DNA of 64,000 nt from Haliotis cracherodii (Eukaryota), in assembly GCF_022045235.1 (NCBI RefSeq), contig NW_027266275.1:31248001-31312000 (forward strand). The letters run 5' to 3'. The translations under genes and the position numbers were made by a program. Every line of letters begins with the position of its first letter. The stretch's first letter is position 1. Positions 36,439 to 48,500 of this stretch are shown piece after piece. The notes beneath the pieces are model-generated. The model saw nothing but the letters and a program-made list of their open reading frames with translations. It had not been told where the DNA came from and made no database searches.

Positions 36439-38266
36439 GGGGGGGCTGCTTGTACTAGTCCGGACTGATGTCGATTCATAGTGCTGGCCCATATGCCGCA
36501 GTTTATCATGAATACCCCACTCAGACACAGACACTATGTATCGTGACATAGACGGAAGTCACAGAACAGGTGATCCTGCCAAATATTCGTAGGGGAAAGG
36601 GAAACACCCTCTTTTCTAGTCATGTTCCTATCCTACATGAAGAAACGTGAGATGGTGCAGATTGTGTCCAAGTCGAAGGGGGACGGGGGCGCCCTTTACG
36701 ACGAGCCAAAATCTCTGCCGAAACTCGTACATTCCAAGGGACTTGCTGAAACACGGGTAAGTAACTGTGTTCTATTTGTCAATAACTGGACGACGCGGTT
36801 TCCCCCGTCACGAAGCGTTCTCAGTTTAATCGAGAAATAGTGAGTGAGTGAGTTGGGTTTAACGCCGCATTTAACAGTATTCCAGTCATATCACGGCGTG
36901 TCAGCTTAATGTGGGAGGAAAGCTCGAAGTGATGCAGTAATCGAGAAATAAATGTTCTAAAATTGAAGCTGAAGTTCCGATTGTCTCAAATGATGATTAT
37001 TGAAGCGCTGTGAGCACGTGTTTAGCTTCACCGATATCCATCTGTAATTTCACTATCACTACCACGTGCTTCTGTTTACACGAACATTGATCGAACAGGT
37101 ACTAACTGTTGATTGGCTGACATTTCTCATTTGCATATTTATTATCCAATGCGGTCAGAGGAGCTTGACTCCCTCATCGATCAATGTCATGTGACAGTTC
37201 GCGTGCAGGCTACAGGCACAGTCGACGAGTGGTAAACTTTCCACTGGCCATTGAAGACATACAGTCATCTCTGTGTATTTTGTCAACTAGCTTGACTTTG
37301 TTTTGAATACTAAACTTTTATAATATTGACTTTGTGATATCATTTGTAAAATTCTGGGATATCACGTGAGATACCTGATTGTGGGACCCGTGAAGACCCG
37401 GGGTAGAATAGGTCTTGATCTTAGAATCGTAAAAGGCGACTATGCTTGTCATAAGAGGCGACAAACGGGATCGGGTGGTCAGGCTCGCTGACTTGGTTGA
37501 TGTGTATCATCGTATCCCAATTGCGTGGGTCGATGCTCATGATGTCAACCACTGGATTTTCTGGTACAGACTCGATTATTAACAGACTACTGTTATATAG
37601 CTGGAATATTGCTGAGTGCGGCGTTAAACAACAAGTAAAGTAAAAAAAAATGATTGTGGTGTGGGTTCTTCAAACTTTCTTTATACACGTCGCTATTTAT
37701 AGATCATTTGATTTAACGTTGCTGAATGTGACAATTTATACCGTGAACATTTAACTTAATTTGAACGCACGTTATTTTATTTTATATTTTATTATCTATT
37801 TATTTATTGGTTTATTGGTTTCTTTCTTGTGTTTATTCCAAATAAGCATTTGTTTTAGGGGTTTTTTAACGTCTTGCTTTTGGGGAAATTATCTTTGATC
37901 ATACGGTTATAGTGTTGTCCTGACATTATGTATTTTGATCAGAAGATTATGTTTCTATTGACAGGACTGTCTAACCTGACAGATGATAAACTCATCTATT
38001 TCACTAATCTACTGTACATAATTATTTTGCTTATTCATCTGGAATACCTCATTATACTATCCAATATCATGGTTTTCTTTCTTTCTTTTTAACTTTTCTA
38101 CTCTATTGGCCCCAATCATACTCTCGTCATTCTCATGCTTGACACGCTTATTGTTTTTTCTGTTTCTTTTTTTTCTTTAAATATCAACACACTGTGGTAT
38201 CAACCAAGACAAAGACTAACTACAACAAATAATCAGATATCATATCAAATTGTATATTTTATATAA

Positions 38267-38597
38267 GGTGGTGAGGTGAAATGGGGTTTAACGTCGCGTC
38301 CAAGATTATTGCACTTATATAGCGACGTACATGTACGCGTGTGTTTGTGTGGCTGATGCCGATTTATAGTGCTAGCACACTGAGATAACATGCCGCAGTT
38401 TAACACGGATACCCCACTCAGACACAGTATACTGACTCCGAGCCGACCAGTCCTTGTTTTAGCCCCTTAATGCCGAGCGCCAGACAGGGTAACAAGTACC
38501 ATCTTTTAACGTCTTTTGGTATGACGCGACCAGGGATCGAACCCCTGACTTTCCGCTCTCCGGGCGGACGCTCTACCACTAGACCACGGAGGCGGTC
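38267..38597 (-). mobile_element. SINE family 4 full-length copy
   Basis: TSD ATATTTTATATAA on both sides. Confidence 0.9.
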
Positions 38598-39461
38598 ATA
38601 TTTTATATAAATGGTTATGACATTAAAACCATGTTGTATGAAAACTCAGTCATCTGAAGCAAATATCATGATCACACGAATAAAATCTGTTCATGCATGT
38701 TTCACCCTAGCAAAACGCTTTGAAAGCCTTTAAAGCATGTCGGACACTTTTGTACGTTTATGCATATTTGATGGTAATACATAATACAAATATTCTTGTA
38801 TCGGAGAGGTCTTCAAATAGGCATTGCGCCTGTTTACCAATCCATTTTTGAAGAAAGGAAAATATTGTTAAAACCACATATATGTGCAAACTGTCAATCC
38901 CGACCTGAAAGTCGAGGAGATGTCTTCATGAATATGTTTTGAAAGATGCATTATTCAATTACACAATAAATATATTTTTATTGAACTTTATATGAAGCAC
39001 ATTACTCTTTTCCCCGTTAGTAAATATTGTTCAATAAATCTAGATACATTTTCGCATCAATTCACGTCCATATTCAAGTTTCAATTTATGTCCCAATTTA
39101 TGCAATTATCAATTTTAATTTAGATTTACGTCTAAATTTACAAACATTTGTGTAAATATATTGTGTAAATTCACAAATAAGTAAATTTTGTAAAGGAGAA
39201 GTTTTCTTTCAGTGAGCCCGGGAAGGGATGGGTGTGGATTAAAACTTAAAGCAATATTGAATTACACTAAGACTGGCAGTCATGAAGAGACCTGCTTGTT
39301 AAATGATTGTCAGGCGTGTCGTATATGAGACGTGGATTATAACCAAACTGATGATATTAAGTAAAGTATAATTCATAAAGATTCTACTTTCAATATGCCA
39401 GTAAACATTTCCTAATTATCATCAGACGTAATTTGAACTCAAATGTTAACAGTCTCAGCTA

Positions 39462-39532
39462 CCAATCAGAACGTATTCTTACCCGGACGTCATCAGCTGA
39501 CAATACCCGCCCTACCGGTGTGCCGGACAGTC
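39462..39532 (+). promoter_or_regulatory. Putative TATA-less core promoter of gene B
   Basis: CCAATCA at 39462, CRE-like GACGTCA at 39486, GC-box CCCGCCC at 39506, Inr-like CAGTC ~39528, just upstream of ATG 39563. Confidence 0.5.
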
Positions 39533-39562
39533 AGACGAGGCGCGTATGTCGACTATGCAGTG

Positions 39563-42500
39563 ATGGCACTTCAACATACAGCGCTGTTTTTCTTCATATT
39601 GGTATGTAGTAAATATTATATTTGTATTTGTTAAGATAAACTATGTAACACTTTACAGCGTTTTACCTTCTTATGATCAAATATAATTGTTATTACAACA
39701 TTTTTCTTGTATTTTTTCAGTTTTACGAAGTGTTTCCAAGTGAAACAGGTAGGTACAATATGACTTGTACTATCTTGAAATTGACATCATGTACATTTCA
39801 TTCGTTCTTGTTTTAAGAAAATATTTACGTTTGAGCGCGTACCATGCCTAAACAAATTGACAAGGGTTAAATTTGGTCGGGAAAACCGTTCCTTTTTATT
39901 TCGTGCTTCAAACACTCCACATCCTCGTTGCATGTACGTTTAATATTAAATTGTTTTATGTTTTATATTTCTATGTGATGATGACTCATAACGTCATAAC
40001 GTCATCATCGTGACAGAACATAGTGATCCGATAAATACATTTAAGAGTTGGGACAAGGTAAAATTAACATCCATTTTTACGACACGGCAATCATTGTAAC
40101 TAATGTTATATTTGGGATAACACTTTCTAAGTAAAGTACATATTCTCGTACTTTTTTGGGTTGAGTCCCATCCGGGATTCGAACCCACACTGCCAGAATG
40201 AGGCACCTATTCGCCAGCACACAAAGTCAGCGAAGTGCTGGCGATTAGGTGCCTCACCCAAATATAACATTTGTTACATTTGACCACTTTCTAAATGGCA
40301 TTGTGTGTTCATGACCATCATTTTCGTAAGTAAACGCGACAAAACCCCTTTCATAATCACAGGAATTCTCAACTAAAAGCAGAGTTCACCGTACGACTCC
40401 GACTATATCGTGAGCACGTGTTTATGAATCACTATCAAATAGTGATGATAACCAGATGTACGCGAAAATATGAACCATCCGTAACAAAGGTCAGAAACAC
40501 ATGCAAAGGCAAGTCAATTGTTCACAAAGTCAAGTACAAATAGGAAATTGCGTCGGACTTCATAAAGACATTTTGAATGAATGTTGTAACATGGCGCAGT
40601 CAACAATATTCCAGCTATGTGACAGCAGCCTGCAAATACCCGAGTCTCGGTCAGTGAAACCAGTGAATAATGACGTGAGGCAACGATCCTCGTAGATCGG
40701 AGCAGATCAGTACGATAACACATGCCAGTCATGTGGCTAAAAAAGAATTATTCATTATTTTAACGATTATGGCAGAATGCATTTACCCATTAGAATACAC
40801 ATAAACTGGAATTCAAACACTTTCAGTTTAATGACACGAAAATACATATTTATATATATCTGCACATTCAATCATTTAACCGTCGATAGACGGAGTGAGT
40901 GAGTGAGTATGGTTTTACGTCGCTTTTAGCAATATTCAAGCAATATCACGGCGGGGACACCAGAAATGGGCTTCCCAACTTCCATGTCGGGGATCGAACC
41001 CCGGTCTTCGGCGTGACGAGCAAACGCTTTAACCACTAGGCTACCCGACCGCCCCTTTAACAGTCGAGAAATCCAGTAAAACGCTTCACTGTCTTTAAGG
41101 CAGTGATAAGTACACTTTTTTTCTTTTTTTCACTTTTTATTTATTTGTATCTGATATGATTTAGTCCCTATTAAGCGGCACTGTTGTTCCAGGGTCGTAC
41201 TATATTTTTCACCCGTGAAAGCCCGGGTTAGAATTGGTCTTCAGCAACCAATACTTGTCGTAACAGGCGACAAACGGGATCGGGTGGTCAGACTCGCTGA
41301 CTTGGTTTGCTTGAGTCGATGCTCATGATATCAATCAGATTTCTGGTCCAGAGTCGATTATTTACAGACTGCCGTCATATAGCTGGAATATTGCAGAGTG
41401 CGATGTTAAACAACAAACAAACAAACTATATTTTTTCTTTCAAAACTCTCTTATACACACTTTCTAGACTTTCCCCACACACCCTACACCACTACTTCGA
41501 CTCAATACTACCAAGGGGGCGGTCGGGTAGCCTAGTGGATAAAGCGTTCGCTCGTCACGCCGAAGACCCGGGTTCGATTCCCGACATGGGTACAATGTGT
41601 GAAGCCCATTTCTGGTGTCCCCCGCCGTGATATTGCTGGAATATTGCTAAAAGCGACGTAAAACCAAACTCACGCACTCACTCACTTAATACTACCAAGG
41701 GAAACGCATAGTGTTTATACAACCATGTACCTTGACATGTGTCATGTTTACATTGAATATACGTTAAGGAAACTAATACGACAGGAGTATTTACCAAACA
41801 TACAGTTGTATCTTAGATATGTAGTTCCAATCAGGTTTAAACTTAGGTGTTTTCATTAAACATGCATGTCTACTGTAAACATTTACACACACTAAAGCAA
41901 CAGTCGCTTAGATACAGAATGTATATATTCAGATTTGCGGTATCAATATGTCTGTAAACAATGAATCTTGATACCCTGTGTATGTCCCAGCTTGTGAATA
42001 ATTGATATGAGCATGAATCATTAATAACACACGTGCATCTAATTCGCCGGAAAGTTGCGTGTGTTGCGTTGAATAGTGGTATGAGTTTGGGTGTACTCAT
42101 ACTGTTGTATGTCGGTCGCCATAGCGATATGTTTCATACGAGTATATCGCTGATATAGGTCACAGACAAGATACCTAGTTTCATATCAAACAGCAGCAGA
42201 AGATTTTTTGGTCGTATTAATTATTACTATTTTGTCCTCCACTCCAAAAGGAATCTGTTTCGGTGGATAATCTGCACTGGTTATTTTATTGCGTTGATAA
42301 TTTATATTTGTATAAAAAAAATTGGCTCAAGAAAATAATATCGGTTGTCGAAATATAATTGAAATAAAACTACATATATTTTGTCTCAAAATGGTATCTG
42401 TCAAAGTAACGCTTACCTAGATATTTATTAGCCCATGCTGAAAGTAGCATCAATTTATTACCAATGAGACTGCAGAGCGCATTTACTCCGAATATAGTGT

Positions 42501-45500
42501 GAACTTCCGGTATAATTGAATGGCATCATTCGTTACCACTCGCATGTTTCCGTAACCTACAACAAGGTCTACATTCGGTTTGTCCCGGAATTGGACGAGT
42601 TGGTCACGAATAAAAAAGACATATGCTCTATTTGACTTGTCCGTGTTCGCACTTAATACTACTGTATACAGCAACTAAATAGTTAAGTTAGTAGGGTAAA
42701 ACATAAATGTTTTATATAGAAACATTCCTGAACTACTTGTCAACTTTAACTTATATAAATAGACCTATATCTATTTTATATCACTTACATTCAGTGAAAT
42801 ATATCAACGATCTCGACGTGAATACAAATTTATTTTCCTCATAAGTTTAATTGAATTCTTATTGTGAAATATAGGATCGGCGGATCCGCAAATCAAGTCT
42901 TTCACAAAGTATCAGCGTCGAACATAGGCTTTTGACCACGACACTATTAGTTTTCGTGAAATATGTTACAGTCTCAGCGTCAAGAGAAAATGGCTCCTCA
43001 TAATTTTAATGTTATTCCTAACTTAATATTCTTGTCATTTTGGGGTAATGTTCAGGTTACAATACGCACGGGTCACTTCGAACAGAAGCGGTGGTCGTAA
43101 CTAAGGATACAAATATCTTAACAAGAATAAGCGTACAAACAGTATCTCACCATCATGTTGTACTGCCACCATCAACACCAAAGATGACCTTGTCACTAAA
43201 CTTGGTTCCATCCACAATCCTCCGAAATCCTGCTCAATGCCAATGTCGTTGTTGATCATTTCCTGTCCGAAATGAGGTCAAGGATAACGCCACACCTGTG
43301 TCACAGATTTTCAGAAAAGTTGAAAGAAATGATTTCATGTTATTTGATTGAAAGATTCTAATGAAACCATCCAATCTTGGCCAAGTTTATGGATATGAAA
43401 AACAGAAAAAATCTCTTTAGAAATTCTCGTCATGCAAATCTGTAGGTGTACATAATAAAAACGGAAACATCTCTCTCTGTTAAAAACTTACATAAAATAT
43501 AGCTTCGCAACCATCGCTTCATGTGTTCTTGACACGATTCCCATGCTGGGAAACGATGGTGGCCAGGTTAAGCTTCCATTACGTGCGGACATAGCGATAG
43601 GAAGCCGTTACAATATATAGGATCGGCGTATCCGTAAACAACGAAATATTGTAGACGTTTATTTTAGTTTTGTTTCAATACCGACTTTAATGTTGTGTTT
43701 TGCTTTTTAAAATATGTTTTTATATTTCTATCAATTTAATGTTCAGTGCTTTGTAATTTATATTTTTATTTCCATCATGTTTTTTTATTAAAAAGAACCC
43801 GTAAGCCAAGTAACTGAAGAGTGAGTGAGTTGGGTTTATCGCCGCTTTTAACATTATTCCAGTTATATCATGGCGTGTCAGCTTATCCCGAAGTGATACA
43901 GGCCTCAGACGTTTACCACTTCGGTGAATCCGACGAGCACGGGTATGGGGCTGACAAGCCTAGAAACGTAATCGGGGTGATCCGGGATTCGAACCCACAA
44001 TCATAGATTTCTGGCGTGCCCAAGGGACGCAACTCTGCACAGCGAATCGCGGCGCTTTAAACAACTGGGCCACCCGTGCCCCCAGTAATTGAAGATAAAT
44101 ATAAGTTAGTGAAACTGAACCGCCTCCTCTTTTTATTCGTACTGTATGATGAAGGGAGGACAGGTTGGAGCTAATATAAAGCTTTCTTAACACAGATAAG
44201 CAGTAATCATTAACAAGTGTACTCTTTATTCTCCCGTTGAGGTTCTTTTTACATGTATTTGTATGTTAACAAATAATATTCATCTCAACACCTCAATAAT
44301 TGCATGCATGCATGCAAACACATCACAAACACACATGCAAACACTGAATTAAGGATTCTTCCCCATACAGCATTTCGTTGAACCTTTCCGTGTAGCGAGG
44401 TATTAGTACTTTGGGACAGCGTGAATAATTGACGTGTCAGGCTACAGGAGTAAACATTAGGATTAGGGAGATAACTCTCATGAAGAAGCGTGGTTCATGG
44501 TTTAAAAAATACACACAACGTTGTGGATTGTCATATCTGCTTGTCATTATAATATAATTAAATTTTCGTTGTGTTCATCGAAAATCCTGCATTCTGATTA
44601 GCTGAATTGGTCACGTGTTATTGCATTCATTTCCCAATTAATGTAAAAAAATAAGCCACTCCCACCGAGGCGCACTACTTTTATTACTGCGGAATGTCAG
44701 GGAATCCCAATATTACAGTCGAGGGAATTCCCTTTCTGCTCACGTGTATCGTCATGCACATGCCATTTAGCGTCTTTCATGCCTATTCATTGTCCAAACT
44801 ACCCTTTGAAACCGAAGGCTGAGGATGAATGAAACAACAAACGTGCAGGCTCGCTCGCCCGTTTGCATACAGTTTGCACATCGGTTTTACAACAATGTAC
44901 TTTGAAGATATTATTTATGAAAAAAATATTAATACAATTTCTCACCGTAGACATATCAATGTCAACAGTATCATGTAGACCACTATGATTGTGTCAACTT
45001 AATACCTATTGTGTCTGGAAAACAATAACAAATGTTTCAGGAAGTCAATTTTGTGAAAATTCCATATTGTCACAATGTACGATTCTAGTGTATCCCACCC
45101 CTTAAAGCGTCTTAAAGCCATTTATTAAGAATTTCTTTTATGAACGTTATTGCCAATTTATGACTACCCAACAAAGAAAGACTTGCGCCTCTCCGTCCAG
45201 ACGAGATGGTAATGCGGTTAAGCTATTCACATGTATGAATATGAATAGGAATACATAAAAATAAATAGGTCACATTACATCAACATTTCAGATTTCGCCG
45301 ATATCATGACAGTGATAATCATAACTAGCTCTCAGTTATCTAACGTTTACTAATGATGTTTATATGCAATAAACACATAATATGTGATGCAAACATCGTT
45401 TAGTCATTTGGTCAATTGTTATGATGCCTTATATTATATATGATCAGATATGTTTGACATATTTAACACTATTTTATTAATTAGCATTCACGTACATATT

Positions 45501-48500
45501 TTCAATAAGTCAACCAAGAAAACCTGATGTAACCAAGTAAATATTATAAATTAGCTCGGTGTGACGAACGAACGCTCTAGCCACTAGGTTCCCTTACTGC
45601 CACATTTTGAAAACATGTTTACTATAGCATCGAGTACATTAGCTTAAACAGGCATGCGAGAGCGTATACCCTTTACATACCTCAAACGTCAGATGTTCTC
45701 CATAAGCACAACAGCGGATTGAACACTATCCATATACTTTCTTGTTATTCCAGCCGAGAAGTTGGGCTGTTTTAAGGAAAACAAAAGAGACCGCCACTTC
45801 AAACTAAGCCCGGGACACTATGACCCCCAATCCCTTACCCCTGAGAAATGTTCGAGTGTGTGCGGAGCATACATGGCCCCCTACGCTGGGATGACTGACG
45901 GACGGTTCTGCTTCTGTGGGTCCACTAAACCAGAACCGAGCTACAAGGCACCGGACGGGGATTGTACCAGCACCTGCTCAGGTGACGGCAAGAAGAAATG
46001 CGGGAGCCCTGATCACATTTCAGTGTATCACACCTTTCAGCCTATCAAAAAGGTTGAGCTGAAAGTCACTGGGAAATCCATTGTAGCAACGGGTGACCCG
46101 GTGACATTTGGTGTTAACGCTGAGGCAGGGTACAACATCTTCTACCAGATGAACTACGGAGATGGCACGGAAGGCATGGACAGAAACGCTACAGGGATGT
46201 TCACCAAAACGTACCACATTCCTGGCAAACATGTTGCCAAGGTCACAGCGTCAGATGATAGTGGTTCTGTGAAGGTTAGATGTGCATGTATAAAGTCAAG
46301 AATTGTAAGAAAAGTTCCTTATTGGTTTAAATAAATAGCATGGTCTAGAGAAAACAGGATCTCGGAATGTAACGTAGGTTACTGCAATCGTACTTCACCA
46401 TTCTCAATTTGATAGATTCTTTCTTTTTTTACACAAAATCAGAAAGCACGATTTGGGCATTTTAGCCCCTTGCCAAATTAAATGCCATCCATAGGACACA
46501 AAGTTCTATTCTTCTAGGTTAAACGTGTGTCCATTTTGGCACCCCAAATCATAAAGTCAGAATGTCTTAATGTCAGAATAAAATGATTATCAAAAAGGAG
46601 ATTTTGTACCTATTCCTGAGGTAGAACCTTTTTTTAACAAAGTTTTATTAACAACTAGGAAAATAAAATGCACTTTGTGTCGTGAGAACACTTCTTCATA
46701 GTATATTGTTAGACTTGGTTTGGATACTTGCCAAATCATAATCATGTAAAAGTATATCTACTCGCCCATTGTTGCAGAAAACTGGCGTTGCGGGAGTAAC
46801 TGTACAGGCCCCAGTGAACAACGTAACCGTCGTCTGTCCCGACTTCAACAGCTACGAGACGCAGGCGTGTACGGTAACCATCACCCATGGCACAAACCTC
46901 CTCCTCCACGAAAAAGTCGACAACAAAGACAGGACTATTAAAATAGCAGGTACAAAACTGTAATCGGCAATTTTGGCCATGATCAGTAGTTGATCCCCAC
47001 TGGTCATATATTTTCCTGTGATGAGGATTAGGTAACCATAAGTTGCTGTTTAAGGGAGGGGGGATAACATATCATAATAATAATTCATCGTAATTTTGGA
47101 GCAGTTCCCACAAGAAGTAAAATGAGTTTCCAAACATTTATTTGAAATTGGTCAAGAAAAGAAGTTGTCATCAACATGTTTTCGACTTCTGTCTGTTACT
47201 ATTCAAACATATTCTGTTCTGTAGATCCTGTTATCGGCGTTGCTGGCTGTTGCGTTCCCTATACGGCGAAAGCACAACCAGAGAGCTTGTCAGGAGATGA
47301 TAATGCCATCTTCATCATGCCTGCTGCAGAGTTCAGATTTCATGGAGTTGTTACACACTGGGAGTTGTGGGCGGACACAGCAGGCAAACTGACAGTCATG
47401 GTAATATGAACTTGAATTTCATGGTGAAATGTTAATTTGTTTACTCAGATGTGTAAATACAATGGTTCAGATAAACGTTATTTATGCACACATTTATGTA
47501 TGTATTTATGTCCACTTATCGACAATCAAGAGACCTCTCTGAAATCTGTTTCATTATTCTTGCTGTTTAAAGGTTCTGAAGCCTGATTGTGATGACTACT
47601 GCTATGAGACAAACACATGTGGAGGGCAATGTAAAGGAACCACATGTTCCTCAGATACAGGTTACTGTCATAAAGCTGGAACCTGCTCCAAAGATTGTAA
47701 AGAAACAGACCGGTACCCATCAGACAACCCCTTAGTTGACTATGTAGAACGTCAATCCGTTGAGCTGACAGTTTCCAAGGGCCATCAAGTTGTAGAATGT
47801 CCATATATGGATATTTTCCCTGGCGATATCATCGCCTATAAAAAATCAACAGGGTCTGCCACCATTACAGTGTCAAAGAAAGAGACAACATGTGATCGCA
47901 AATACGATGGGACAGAGAAAAAATTCACCAAGAACTCCGGAAATCCAGTTTCCAAGACCCGTCACCACCTGAGGGCCATCTACTCCAGTCAGACAAAAGT
48001 TTCTCTGGACTATAAATTCCAAGTAGCTAAGAAATACACCTTGAGTGTAAACGTAAGTAATGTTGACATTGAAGGCTCTATAACTGCTACGACAGAGATC
48101 GACGTTCAGGAGGGCATCAATGCTTCAATCCTTGTTGGCCCCAAATACCTTGCCGTCAACACAGAGGGCATCTTTACCATCCTCCCTCACACAGGTATGT
48201 TCAGCCATCGTGCAACATAGCTCAATTAGTCGATAGAGTCAGGCTTCTGGTAATGAGTATGGCATCAGTCTTGAGTTATTGTTCATTGGTTTGTAGCCGC
48301 TCTACGCATTTAATACAAGGACATGCCTATTACGTAAATCATTTTTGTCTTAATGTGGAGTATCTCATGTCCTAGTTTGGATGATTGTGTTTACCATTTT
48401 TCTTCCCTGATCAAGTTTGGAAATGTCTATAAACCGTGTTGCAGGTTCTTCCGTTAAACGAGACTGGGATTTTGGAGACAAGAGTACATTCAACGCCACA

